A model generated the notes under the pieces. That model made no database searches and was not told the DNA's origin. It saw nothing but the letters and a program-made list of their open reading frames with translations. DNA of 64,000 nt from Botryllus schlosseri. Taxonomy: Eukaryota. Shown here one piece after another: positions 1 to 13,700 of the stretch. The stretch covers positions 11,966,001 through 12,030,000 of the forward strand of contig CM119375.1 in NCBI GenBank assembly GCA_051294905.1. Direction: 5' to 3'. Both the position numbers and the translations under genes were made by a program. Numbering within the stretch: position 1 is the stretch's first letter; every line of letters starts with the position of its first letter.

Positions 1-1114
1 AAACGTGTTTTATGGTCTTTTTTAGCCATAAGCCGTCACGAATCATCAACTGGGGCGTCTCAGAAATTTAACATTGTTATATGGGTCCTTAAAAATTACC
101 ATTGACAGGATCAAAACTGCTTCTTTGACCCAGGTTTTAAACGGACCGCAGAACATCTTTGACCAGGACCATATCGTCATGCAGCGATTTGACGGTCGGC
201 AGTCATCATGATCAGAACATCCATTCCATTCCGCCTCAGTAACATATAATTAATTGCTTCATCGCCGATCCCGCTGCTCACGCAGCGCGTTGATAAAAGC
301 ACAGAGGTAGAGTGAGCCGAGCTTTGAAGTCGGCGGCAGAGACCCGAAGTGAACGCAAGGAAAGCAAGAATGAATGAATGAAAGTGCGCGAGCATGAAAA
401 AGTCCAAAGTCCGAAAGCAAAGACACTGAACTGTACTAAATGTATTGTCGTGGCGCACAAGGCCTACACAGGCGATAAGCGCCACTGTTGTTGTGTGTAA
501 TAATAATAATAATGATAATAATATTTGCCATAATTGTTCAACCGACGACGATTTCGAAGGTTCCAACCATTCCATATCGTCTACATCGACTATATCTATT
601 GTAAGTCCTCCAAAGGCTCACACTACACGAGGGTATTTACTATAGGGACCGTGGAACATTTTATGATTAGTTGTCCAAGACATGATTTTCATCAGACATT
701 TCATCGGACATTTCATCGATTAATGTGCTCAATTGAAAGTGAATTTTTGTATTGTTGATTTAGTTATTGATCCTTGTATGCAGTTGAATTTGATTTTATC
801 GTGTAACCGTTCTTTGTAGCTTCATTGTTTTATGCTACTCTGTTATCAATCGTTTTCACTCCATTCTGATATCCGTCATTATTTCATTCGACCTCCCCTT
901 TTCGTTTACAATAGCTTTAACAGTGGCGCAAAAGGCCGTCAGGCGATAAGCACCATTTATATTCTTTTAATAGACAAAACAAAAAACAGCAACAAGAACA
1001 ACAACAATACACAACTATGTATAATCATACAACTTTTCGAAATAAAGACAGATTTGATATGGAATTTGTTTTAAAAAGTGTTTTGAAACACCTCATGTTG
1101 TAAATGCAACGCTA
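1..1114. mobile_element. MITE family A (TIR TAGGGTTGC...GCAACCCTA), 5'-truncated by the window edge, with an internal insertion at ~240-525
   Basis: Bases 1-230 and 530-640 align by eye with 41990-42350 and 2260-2510 (e.g. ccatgacgtcacgaat, atcatcagaaca, accgacgacgatttcga). The right end aaatgcaacgcta (1102-1114) resembles the TIR of the full copy at 41910-42492. Confidence 0.7.
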
Positions 1115-1364
1115 CATGCTATCCGTATCAGAACTCAAGACATAAAACTACATTTTACAAGTTCAGTCTGTCCGAAAAGCGAAATGACTATTACGGAACT
1201 AGTTCCCCGGGTAGGTTATATATAAACAAGAAAAGAATCATACATTGCCTGTCAATTGCACACTATTGAACCTTGTAAAGGCCCTTTCAACAACCCATCT
1301 ATATATTATTACAGTGGTGGTATACTAAATTATCGCGCTAGATTTCATTACCGGCATGACTTAC

Positions 1365-3005
1365 CTTATACAATTGCTCAAAATCTTCTTGAGCCCTGCT
1401 ACTTACAAGAAAATGCGAGGCATCTCTGTCACGGGTTGGTTCAGAAATTGGCGGACGTTCGTCCTGTGTATTTGCTGTGAATTGCTGATAGTTCTGGAGA
1501 CGCTGCTCGAGACATAAACATGCACATTCATTATATATTCATAATATTGCTCTCTATATATAACAAATAGTTTTATCATGGATATATAGCGCTCTATATA
1601 TCCCTGAGTTGTATTCACTGGTACACGTAAACTGTTGCTGCGAAGCCTGCTAACAGTAACGATGCATTCTTTAACTATTGAATAAGCTTAAATTGTGCTG
1701 AAACTTCGGAGTGTTATTCAATTTTAATCGTCATCCGTGCGGCGTTTCATCCATATACGATCATCGATTCTTGATTTTGGCTGACATCGGATCTCGAAAA
1801 GCTATATCCATTCACCTGATTGCGTATCCAGGCTCGAAGTTATGGTTAAAGGTCACATCACGGAATATACCTTGTGAAAGCATTAAATCCAAGTTGTTTT
1901 CACCGCACAAGTAGTCACTGCTGGCCTGCTCAATTATTCCAAATGTTGTAGTATTTGACTATGAACAGGCGATTTGAAGGCAACCCATATACTATACTAA
2001 AGTCAACCACTACATTACTAAATACAAGTGAATGTAGCTTAAATGTAGCTTAAATGTAGCTCAAACCCTGAACCAAACCTAAATCGACTGAACACATATT
2101 CACATTCAGCCAAAGATACGAGTCATCGCGACTGCATGCAGTGTCCAGCTAAGGTTCTCAAAACAGTTATAGACTTCCGTATACCATAGGGCTAGGGTTG
2201 CATTTATCACAAAAATCAATTGAAAACAAACATATTTAAAACATGACCCTTGTTTAAAACATGTTTATTATTGTTGTTGTTTTTAGCCATGACGTCACGA
2301 ATCTTTAATTGTGGCGTCACAGTAGTGACATTGAAAACATAGGTTAAATATGGATTATTCGACGAAAAGCACTTCCGACCACTGTTATAAACAGACCAAA
2401 AATATCTTCAACAAGGACTTATCGTTATGCAGCATTTTTATGGTTGGCAGTCATCATCATCAGAACACCCATTCCGTACCAATGTTATCTACGTGCTATA
2501 ACTGTTGTAGGTCTTATTGCCAACACCATGGATGCTCTTTTCAGTTTTTCTGATTTCACGATAAGAAGAATGATGACATTTTTTACTGTCACCGTTAAAG
2601 GAATTCCTAAAAGGTTTCATAATCACTGCTATGAAGTGTACAGTATAGCTATTGTGGGCGTAGAACATGTGTACCACTATAGTACCATGAAACCATCTTG
2701 AATATATTATAGAAATGTATCACAGCTAGTACCTCGCGCAGATTCCTATTTTCGTGTCGAGTCTTTTGTAAATCCCTCTTCAAGTTTTCCAATTCTTTTT
2801 TAAGATCTGCGAGCTCTGTACAGTTCTCCTAGAACCAGCGAAATATTCTCTTCATTCTAGCCGTACGGCTACCGAAATGCTTAGGTCATCTACCTGTAGT
2901 TTACGCTGGCTTTCGAGCAATGATCGTTGGAGCGATCGTATTTCTCCTTCGTGATGGTTGGGGATTGGCTCGCTTGCCGGGTCTTCGATCGTGTACGATG
3001 TTCTA
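1365..3005 (-). CDS. Partial multi-exon coiled-coil protein gene, identity unknown
   Basis: Exon ~3002/3005-2894 (..DPASEPIPNHHEGEIRSLQRSLLESQRKLQ|gtagat) joins in phase 0 across a 65-nt intron to exon 2828-2733 (ttctag|ENCTELADLKKELENLKRDLQKTRHENRNLRE|gtacta), with clear heptad character. Weaker candidate exons are 1925-1871 and ~1480-1365 (..SRAQEDFEQLYK|gtaagt). Start and stop were not found. Confidence 0.55.
2193..2520 (+). mobile_element. MITE family A, partial copy in an intron of the coiled-coil gene
   Basis: Starts tagggttgcattt and is colinear with 41910-42250. The right end is unclear. Confidence 0.65.
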
Positions 3006-3610
3006 CTTGTTGTACAGCAGCGGGAAAACATGACATGGACACTGGGCTGGGAGTGACAGTAACTGATGGTAAATAATGTATTAAATACTACATTGTAGAA
3101 AATTGCATTCATTAATTCCGTTTCAATTGATATTCTAACATTATGGCCATCTATAATCCAGCTATATCCAAATCCCCTAATTTGGTAGGGCCACATATTG
3201 CGATATTTATAAACTATATCTAACCGTTTAATGCAAGGATGGCTAATCTTTTTGGCCTAAGAGCCGAGTGTGGTTTTTCGAACCATTGCGCACGCCACTT
3301 GAGTGATTATGACTTTTTGTCATCGTCCGATATGAGTGAGTCGGATTAGGCAACGATGGACGCAAGACGTACCTTACGCACTGACATTTATGTCATGAAA
3401 AATTAGTGCGCAATATTTTAGCCGCGCGATGCGCGAAAACATTTCAAAGTAGACTAATGAAATCGGTCGATATTGTTTGTACTTGAATCGTGCATATATG
3501 TTGCAATGTTGCATGTGCACCACGGCGCACAGATTGCTAGGACAGCAGTATTCGGCGTCGGACATACCAATATCGAAGGTTTCAGCCAACACGCTTGGGA
3601 AGTATTATAT

Positions 3611-3936
3611 TAGGGTTACCATATTTTGTGAATCTGAAAAGAGGACACTTTTACAAAATTGTCAGACTTACAATTCTGGGGTAAAATCCTGAAAAATGGT
3701 AAATTTTTCCCGACTTGGTTGTCGGTTGACTAAAAAAAGGTCATTTTTCTGGGTCAAGTCCCGAAAAAAACCGTCGGACCGTTACTTGGCCGTTGATTTC
3801 CTATATCCCAGTCCAATTTCCACGTACATTTAACATAAATATCAAAAAAGAGGACAAAATCTCAAAAAGACGACATTTGAGAGTCCTCCGAGGACACTTT
3901 GAAAAAAGTCAAAAATGAGGACGTATGGTAACCCTC
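3611..3936. mobile_element. MITE family B (TIR TAGGGTTACCATA), probably hAT-type
   Basis: tagggttaccata at 3611 and tatggtaaccct at 3924-3935. A second, opposite-orientation copy starts at 7368. Confidence 0.75.
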
Positions 3937-4224
3937 TTATATAGAATCTGGTCCAGGCGATAGTTGGATGGATCTATATAGAAAATTGACCTATAATGTA
4001 CTCCTCCAGCGTGTTGGCTGAAACCTTCGATATTGCTATGCCCGGCGCCGAATACTGCTGTCCTTGCAATAATAATATACGAACCGAACATCGCAGATAG
4101 TCATTGGTGCTGCAGGGGTCGTAGGCCAAAAACTCATGAGACATATCCAACAGATTCCCGGAAACGTTCGATTCGACATGATCCAAAATATCACGTTATT
4201 GGGCACTGTGCAATGTACATATTC

Positions 4225-4790
4225 TTCGGAAGGCCTTGGAAGCGCCACTAGACTAAAATTACACTTGTGCGCGTTAATCACAGCATAACCTCTGTAATTT
4301 CGATTCTTCATTTTCAAACATCTCTACCTCTGCTCTGCAACCTTTGCCAATTCTTCATCTACCGCAATTCTGTAGTCTGACCCCTTCATGCATTGCATAG
4401 GAATAACAATTTGACTGTATTACCGAAATTTTAAAAATTACTCCAATCTATCCATTATCCTTTGGAGGCAGGCTGCACCCCGGATTATGTGTGTATTTAC
4501 CAGTCTTACTGTGAATAAAGAATAATAGTCTTCGGTAGGCCTTGAATGCGCCACCGGACTAAAACTAGCCTACACACGCGATTTTCCATTTTCTATCATC
4601 TCTACCTCTACTCTGTAACCCTTGCCAATTCTTCATTTACCTATATTCTATAATCTGGCATCTTCGTGTATTGCATAGAAATAATAATTTTACCGTATTA
4701 CCGAAATTGTCAAAGTTCACTGGTTACTCCCCGGATTATGTGTGTATGTCTAACAGTTTTACAGTGAATAAAACTATATTGGTAAAAATT
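4225..4790. repeat. Diverged tandem duplication of a ~300 bp unit
   Basis: 4225-4525 and 4530-4790 share tcttcgg.aggccttg..gcgccac, tctctacctct.ctctg.aacc.ttgccaattcttcat, gtattaccgaaatt and ccggattatgtgtgtat. Confidence 0.8.
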
Positions 4791-5978
4791 TACACGTGTA
4801 TTAATTCACCTGCATCTCGGATACAACCCACAACAAACCTTTGCGCATACATTGGATGGATAAAAGATACATTTAGGCAGTCTAATTTGTCATAAATTCT
4901 GTCTCAAGCTGTCTTTGCGAAGCCAAAATGTGTTCCGCCATCCTCACACATAGTTACGACCTCAAGTTTCACGTTAATCAAATAGCCACGCAATGTAATT
5001 CCGTCATATCCAAAGGTGCGTGCTGGTTATTCACAGTACCCGGGAATACCAAAATATGACATATATTCCTGTAACATATACGCTATTTATCTGGATAATG
5101 AGAAAACTATATTGGCTGTGTACTCCATCCGTTTTGAGTAAACACAATCAGAACGGAGTGTATTGTGGGAAACAGCGATTTTGTCACAGATTTCATTCGA
5201 GTTTAGATATATAATGTTTATACCTTCGTGAATGATTGAAATGTAAACCCGAGGGATCTTCTTCTCAAGAGGTCACCAACTCTATTCTGAATGAAACTGG
5301 TTCGCAGACTGGCAAATCTAAACTATTCACGACAATACAAGTTCAATCATATGAATGTATAGCAAATGAAATATAATCAGAAACGTGATATTGAAGGAGA
5401 ATTCATAATCCACGAAGTATTGATACATCTTCGGTTGGATAAGTATAGTTCCCAATGTCTTCGATAGCACTCCTCCCCCAGTTGGCAATTTTGAGGAACA
5501 AGGGAGTGAAAATATTTAAGGGAGCGATTGGGGGGGGAGCGAAAACGTACGAAGGGGGAAATAGCAGGCGAAAATGTTAGGATATATTTAATTACCCGGC
5601 TACCGGAATAATTACCGGCCCAAAAATACTCGTGACAACGGGTTATTCTGGAACAGCCGTGAAAGCTGATTTCGAAAAGGTCAACTCGCCACAAACCATC
5701 CTCAGATGCCGGGATCGCCGCGGAAAGTTTACCATTTAAAAAATTCAGTCAATTCACCAGCGATCAGAGCTGCATAAGTTCCCCGTTTAATAGTCCTCTT
5801 TCTCGGATCCGGAATTATGAGGGACGATAGATATATATGTCCAGCTGAATAAGGGGGATAAGGGGGCAATGAGTCGAAAAAGGTTTGGAACCCGTGGGTT
5901 ATACCAAGAACCGCGGTGCAGGAAAGGCGGATATATTGTTTTCCTCCTTCCCTAAGACTTCAATGCTAGTGTATAGAT

Positions 5979-7929
5979 CAGTGGTTCCTAAACTTTTTCG
6001 GTGTGAGGGCCAAATTTAGAATTTCAGAGTACGGTCGGGGCCGCACGAATACTACGGCTATGAAACGGACCCAATCAGTCATCATGGCTATTTCGGAGTA
6101 ATTTTATTGCCCTGGCGAGATTTCAAAACTGTACACTGTTTACCGCTACTTATCTGCTGCATTGGGAGTCCGTTGAGTGAATCAGCTTTTCTCGCCTAAA
6201 CGCGCGAATCGCGAGAAATTTCTTCAGTTTCATGACTGAATCGGTCAATATGATCGGGAATTGCATGTATTGCTATCAATTTTCATCCTGTCTCTGTTCA
6301 CGTAATTTAATTTACCAGTAGAGCTGAGTGAGGTGTGTTTGAAAAGGTATAGGCCCCCTCAATAGTAATTAAACATCTCCTGGGTATACCCGTTGGCCGG
6401 AACGTAACAGCACTTTGTCAGGACCCCGGGCTCCCATAGGGTAATAAACTGACCCCGCATCACGTTGTTCGCTTTTGCCACGAAATTAAAGTTGTACTGT
6501 TTAGTGAGACAGCGCGAATATTTCGATAATTCATGATTAAATCGGTGAATAAGATCGGGAATTGCATGGTTGTCCTCTTTGCCCACGTAATCAGATTTAC
6601 CGGTAGAGCTGAGTGAGAGGTGTCTTTGAAACTGCAGACCCCGTAAAATTAAACATCTTCGGGCCGAGGTATGACTTCTTTACATGATGTTATTTCGTGA
6701 CCTCATGTCTGCTATATCAAAAAATGTAGCATTGCCCAAACCTACTAAACTGAAAGATCACACGATTTCAGATTGGTATTTCTTCACTGGCATATAATTT
6801 TCTTTCCTGCGGGATGGTATTTGTCTTGTGAGGTTCAGATTGCCAAGACAAGTCATTAGGCGCCTATATGGACAATTAAACCTATATGTATTTTGTATAT
6901 ATAACGAAGTTTTTGGTATTTCGAAGTTTTTGGTCAGCATAAAAGCAGTCCTTTACGGCCAAGGCTTTCTCGCTGCCAATCGTTCTGACACACTTCTTGG
7001 AGTCACATGTTACATGGCCTAAAACTTTATATGTCTTGGTGCGTTGTGGTGTGGTCATGGCCAACCCTGATATGTCCATTTCTATAAATCATGCGTATTT
7101 TTTCTTGGGGAAGAGTACCCAATAATCAAGATATGTGGCAAATTGAAATCGCGCACAGCGCGAAAAAAAAATTGAAAAAGTTGCATAAATTTGCAAAAAA
7201 TACTCTATAATTAATGCTAATTCACGTCCCGCCTCAATTGGGGGATTTGGGGTGCGGCAGTTACGGCCCTGACTATAGGACTACCAATTATGCTGATTAT
7301 AGCCAGATAAGCAGTATGCATCTCGGCGTATTCGACCGTGAGTCTCGTGCTGCACATCTAGTTATCATAGGGTTACCATACGTCCTCTTTTAAGATGATT
7401 TGTTCGGAGGACGCCCAAATGTCTTCTTTTTTGAGGATTTTGGTTACATATAGGGCCAAATTCGCCTGATATACATTAAGTCAGCACTGTAGGAACGCTA
7501 CGGCTGCTATTTCTGGAGCTGGACCGGAAAGTTATACCTTTTGTTCAGTCAACCACCTGTTAACGTGAAAGAAAAACTGTATTGTTGAGCCTCTTTTTCT
7601 TTTTTAGTCAAGCGACCACGAAGTGGCAAAAATTTACAATTTTTTCAGGATTTTCTTTCGGTTTTGAAAGTTATCAATACCTATATATATCTATAGCTAC
7701 TGCTCGTTCAACTGGAAAGTTAGGGCACATTGCATTGAAACAGCAGTGACGTAACGTCAGCAGTCTATACTCACAACTTTCCTGCAATTCTATAATTAAA
7801 AACTACAGAAGCCAAGCCAAGCATAAGTATTTTATAAATATAAATTTTATTTTTTGTCATAAATCGATTTCTTAATATATTTTTGGGGCCGCAAGAAGGC
7901 TATCTGGGGGCCGCGCTTGGGAATCACTG
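5979..7929. mobile_element. Non-autonomous hAT element with nested insertions
   Basis: TIRs cagtggttcctaa / ttgggaatcactg. Exact 8-bp TSD gtatagat at 5971-5978 and 7930-7937. Internal duplication 6170-6340 vs 6490-6640. Nested family-B MITE from 7368. Confidence 0.85.
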
Positions 7930-10674
7930 GTATAGATGATGAGATGATGACAGGGCTTTAACCATATTACCGCACTATAGGAACTTATATAAAACATTAT
8001 CTGCCTGATATTCTTAACTAGTGGTCCGTTATACAAGAATGTTGATGCGGTCCGCGAGTGCGCTGAATTAACTATCGACCTCTCTGAGATTGCATATTCG
8101 GTTCACGTCATGCGTGAATACCAAACTTAGATATAGTATAAAGAATTTCAATTGGAAACGCGTGGAATATTATCAAAAGCCTGGTCGGAACACTTCTGTT
8201 TAAAAAGTTTATATCCTGGCCACCGCCCACCTGTATGCGTTTTTTTTTTCTGATGAATTTAGAAAGTATTCCATTTGTAGCATCTGTTGATATTGTCTTG
8301 CTATTTACTTTATCAATGAATGTGAACGTGTAGGTATGTATTTTTTAATATGTTCAATACTTTAAAAGGGGTCCGACAACACAAAAGTTTGAAACCCACT
8401 CCGCCAGGCGGTCATTCCATACCTACATTAGCTATGGGACACATTTGTTGCATTGCTTACGCACTTTCCTTCTACTCTATATCTTTTGATTTAACGCGGA
8501 CGTGAACTTCAAAGTCTCTACCATGGTCTACTAAACGCTTCGACTGCTAAAAGTAGGAAGCCAACTTGGTCAAGACTAAGGTAATAACCACGCGAGTTTT
8601 CTGACACTGCCAACACCCTAATTGATATTTGGAAATGTCAATCTTCGGCCAGTTCATTGAATTACCGTTGGTATTGTTACAGTTTACATGTTAATTGTGC
8701 GTACAATATATAATATATATTGTATATAAATTATCATTTTGACACGACAATAACATCTCATACATCAGATTATTTATAGGATGAAAAAAATACAGTGCGG
8801 AAGATATTGAGTACATAGTGGCTCCCTAACTTTTGTTGTTGCGACATATTTGTGAAAAACATGATGGACTTTCGACGCACCGCTAATCGTGGCTTTTACA
8901 GTGATTTTGTCTCGCGCCAGCGGAGTGAATTAATATCTGCGCAATGTATTTTTATTACGTAATAAAATGTCTGGTTAGAAAGCGGGTTGGTGGCGGACAT
9001 ACACACTACACAGAATCAACATCTACTATTCTATCTAACTATCTATCCGCGAATCTGCCACTTTGGGCTGTATCTATATGTTAATGATATTGTTGTTGTT
9101 TGTGGTCTGCCGACTTGTAGCATGGCCCACTATAGGCTTTTTATGACATCGTTTTCGCGGATCAGATGGCGAGAAGGAGCCTATAGATAAACCTCCGATA
9201 CTAGGGAAGGGATTCTGGAAGTGTTGTGACTTCGGGATCAAATTTGAAATCCCGGTACTGGGATTTCGCCGGATTTGAGTGGAAGGTAATTAAATTTCAT
9301 TCAGAGTTTCATCTTGTTCAAGTGCCTAATACCGATACTGTTCATATGGGTAAAAATTGGTTCAAAATCAATATAGTGACCAATTGCTGAATGATAAATA
9401 ATTTTGGGGGAAATACAGTCGAGTAACACATTAATTCAGTGACCGAGATTTGGCTAGTTTTGTTTCCTGTGTAGTTATCTTGCGTTGATTTGTCACTCTA
9501 AAAGTCTATACCTAAAGAGCATTTGTCAATCAATATGAACCGCGCGAATGAACTGTATTCATTTCACTCAAATGACGTGTCACTCATGAGGATGTGGATA
9601 TACGTCATCCTTATCAATCTTTTACTTCAGTGATGACGATTAACGGGCCCTCATCGTTAGTCAATGTTCAATGCTCATCCAACAGCAACATCCCGATACA
9701 TACGGTATAAACACACTACAAAACATTGAACACAAAATACCATGTGATGATATGGACAAGCTACTGTGCGTCATGTTGTTAAATATTCAACGATTACAAG
9801 TTTCTCGATGCCCGTTGTGTGACTTCATTGTTCAACTAGCAGATTAACTAGCATATGAAATATGGCTTGGAGGAATGTAAGTCGGAGCTGATGATTCGAT
9901 TTTACTATTTCAAAGGCCGATGATAACTTCGAAGATGATAAGATCCACGAACCTGTTCGGCGCGCCGCGATCGCCCGCAACTTTTCGTATATGTACGCTG
10001 CGTTTCATGCAGTCGCGCCGGACTTCGCTGGTAATGGCAGTGCGCGACGATTCCCGTCAAAAGGTCACGACCTTCTATTCTCAGACGCAGTGCGGAGAGG
10101 CCTATTCGCATTGACGACCGACCTTGTCTGCTAGTCGGTATCATCGACGATCCATGCGAAGCGCGAAGAACCCGATAGCTCGTTTTCTTTCGTCGCAGAA
10201 CACAGTTTGCCTGCGAGCGGACGGGCCACTCGTGGTACAATCGGCGGTTGCATTATAGTAAGGTGCAAGGTATTGAATAGCGCAAACTCTGTCGGGATAT
10301 CGGCTATGTTTGAAAATAATTTGACAATGACACCATCTACGTTTTCCAGTAAATTATGTATTTTATCTGTGCATTTTATCGTGTATGAATTTTATCTTAC
10401 GATGACGCGAAAAATATATATAGCAAGATATTGTACACGTTTTCGTCACAAATCGATATTAGTTAGCCTCTGTTTTTCTTCAACATGCCTGGGATTATTT
10501 AGATCGCATAGCAAGTTAGGCTATATGTCAGAAATCTGCGATTCCCCAGGATTTCACTCTTTGGACACCGATGCCCAGAAATCGAATTTATCGCATACGC
10601 TTGCCTGCACTGAGGAATCTTTTACATTTGAAAAACTTGCACCAAAGTAATCGCAATCGCATTGGAGATTAACC

Positions 10675-10680
10675 TTTATT
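10675..10680 (-). terminator. Probable poly(A) signal AATAAA of the LRRD1 gene
   Basis: tttatt on the plus strand, 53 nt beyond the TAG stop at 10733. Confidence 0.55.
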
Positions 10681-10732
10681 CATTGAAAGCGTCGTCATAA
10701 TTTCAAGGCTCCATACTCTACGAACGAAACAG

Positions 10733-13700
10733 CTACAACTTCAAGGCTTTGGCGTAAATTCTCATAGCGAGCAGTTGAGAAATGATCTTTGGCAAGTCCA
10801 CCAGATCGAGAGCGTGAATGAACTTATTTTGAGCTTCAACAGCTGTAAGGTCTTTGCTGGAATCATCAAAGAAATTTAATACTGACCGGCAACAGTGAGA
10901 ATAGACTATATTACTGGGTCTTACTTCACTCTTCGCCAAAATTTAAATAGCGTTTCTATCTGCTCTTGTTCCGACAAAGATTTATTTTTCGCCACCGGTA
11001 CGATATCGTCGTATTGCAGACGCAGCTTTGCACATGTTCTATTGAAATCGTCCACATCCAAGTTCCTGGATGCGTACTCCATCATCAGGTGAAGCAGTTT
11101 CTCTGCAACATTGAATTGGTCATTGAGAAAGTTGTTTAATTGACTTCCTGATCTGGTATGCACCCTCGATACAGAATCAGCGCTGGATAATGTTTGTTGG
11201 AACAGTATCAAAAAGTTTCTGAATATGTTTAGTGTCTGGACAGCAGATTCAGATAATTGCAGTTTGTGTAAAATATTCGCCCAACTCGTGATGTAACACC
11301 TCATACTGCGGGAGTAAAATGTAGGGGACGTTTTTAAGTTACATAATGTGAGCCGAGGGTTGCGAGGGTTCGTATCACGCATCATTTTCCGATTCCTGCC
11401 GAGGTAATAATGAAATGTACCACCACCGGTTGCATACGGTTGTTTCTTTATTGAGTGAATTCGCAAGAGGACCTCATCTGTATGTTTCACCGATTTTAGT
11501 GACGATGATGTAAAATGTTTTTGTCCGTGATATTGTTGCGGCACACACACCGACTCATGATACACATATGTGCATTGTGCATATGCATACCATGAGTGCA
11601 TGATGTGCATATGCAGCCGGACAGGGGAGATGCATGCTATCCCGGACATGCTGAGCACCATGCAGGACAGCCACGGATACCAGTTGTACTTACTTTGGCC
11701 TGACCAGGCTGGTATTTATATGACGCACCTTCTCTTTCTTCAGTACTGACGACGTATCTGCTGATTGGTCCCACCTGTCCACAATCCGCAAGTTCTCGGG
11801 GTGGATTATTGACTGGATTTCCATCAACGTTAAAGAATTGCAATTTGTTGAGATCGCCAAGCTTCACCGGAAGCTGTTCGATATGGTTACCTTAAACATA
11901 CTAATGGTTGGCAAGTGGAACCAACAGCACAACTCATCCGTTTTGGAAACGCAAAAGGGAAATAACACATTCGCGTGCATCGATAAAGCAAACTAGCGGA
12001 TTGGACTGAGAAAGCAAGATGAATACAGAACAATGTTCAGGCGATAAGGTATGATGAGTGAATGTAAAGTTGAACTAGCGGTTCTCTAAGGGGGCGATTT
12101 CGGGAGCTAAGAGGATGCCAGAGAGTCGGCAAACCACGATTACTCGCCAGGATACCTACGTATTATCGATCCAGTCTCTACATTAGAAGGGGTGATCAGT
12201 AACGATGTACTTCCACTTTTTCGGAGAAGTCAGTTAGGTCCTCCCTGCGTGCGCTACTTACACAAGTAGTCAAGTTTTAGAGTGCTGCCACTTTTCTATT
12301 AAACAGTTTTTAGACAAATTTGCTTACTTTATACATAATGAATTTTGTGAAGTAGAAACTAGTTTTGGGATAGGTCTGCATCACTTTTCTGAGAGATATT
12401 GTCACAACAGCTCGTTGACATAACAATGACAACATATAAATATCGCGGCACGTGAATATAGTCTTGAATTTCGTACCTATACTAGTACTTAGTACTGCCA
12501 TTAGTAATTTAATTTGGTTGATAGATATTGCAATTTCGAAAGTATACAATAATACATATACCTTCGACTAACTGCTAGACTGCAGAGGTCTCAAACTCAA
12601 ATGTGCTCGCGGGCCAGTTTTCCAGTTTTGACGACGCCGCGGGCCGCAGCATTTATAGGGGTATTCTATGTCTTTCCAAGTAGGCCTTATTTGGCGGGAA
12701 TGAATTGTCGTATTGAATGTGAGCCGATCCAGCAGACTGACAGTAAACACACGTCGTCAAAATGTGATTTACTCTTGTATCAATGTAGGACTGGCACGAA
12801 AAGAATCATCACATTTATAGGTATTTGAACAGAATTGTAGTTGCACTTGATATAGATTAATTATAAGATATAGACACCATATGGGCGGACAAATGTATGA
12901 TGCCTTCATAAAAGCTATCGGGTTATAATTTTTCAGCTACTATGAATATTTTGAATTTAACAGATTGATAATAGAGACTGATCTGATATCAAAACATTTT
13001 CAAGTTGAGCATTGTAATTCCAATCCAGGATTCGACTATGCTTCTGATAAGTTATATAGGGCATTAATCTCATGGCCAAATATCTTCAAATATAGGAGCA
13101 GAAATAATATAAATATAATATAAATATAATAATGAATGTGTCCTAGTGATTGAAATGTTGCAACGCCGAACGGCCCATTGCTGTTACATCGTTGGAGTGT
13201 ACCACTACGGTACTCGGTACCTTTAAGATGGCCTTAATAACATGGTTTAGAGACCGAAGACGTAACTAACAGATTACAAATTGTTGCCATAACTACTTGC
13301 TTAGTTAGCGAAATACCAAGCTGCGACCTTCTGATCTATTACTATTCCCCTGACACGCGATTAGTTTTTTGCGTCCATGGTTCTAGCAAATTCACGACAT
13401 TCCGAGTCACTCAAAGTCCACTCGAGTCATTTTCATTTTGCCATTGAGTTAGCCCGAGTCTGAGTAATCCCAAGAAAGGTCGCGTCCAAGTCCAACTCAC
13501 AAATTTCAGTCACGAATCGTCCAAGGGTCAGGTTTTGTCATCATGAATTGGAAATGTGGCGAAATAGTGAATATTCCACTGCATGGTAGCGTTTGCAATT
13601 GATGTGATAGTGAAGTTTGATGAATAGTTAAAGGCTTTCGGAGCAATTTAAGAGGGAATTTCCACTTTATAAGCTGAAAAGATATATGTGACACTTCCAT

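Noticed and set aside
177-575. 132-aa minus ORF with a Leu-rich stretch
   Set aside because: It lies within a MITE plus retro-tail insertion, and the poly-Leu is the reverse reading of (AAT)n.
2030-2062. 11-bp unit aaatgtagctt repeated three times
   Set aside because: An ordinary minisatellite with no further structure.
10207-10650. 147-aa plus ORF
   Set aside because: No recognisable motif, a composition typical of non-coding sequence and no supporting splice chain.
10921-11661. 246-aa ORF as a stand-alone gene
   Set aside because: Only 11102-10925 is coding (LRRD1 death-domain exon). The rest is open intron sequence.
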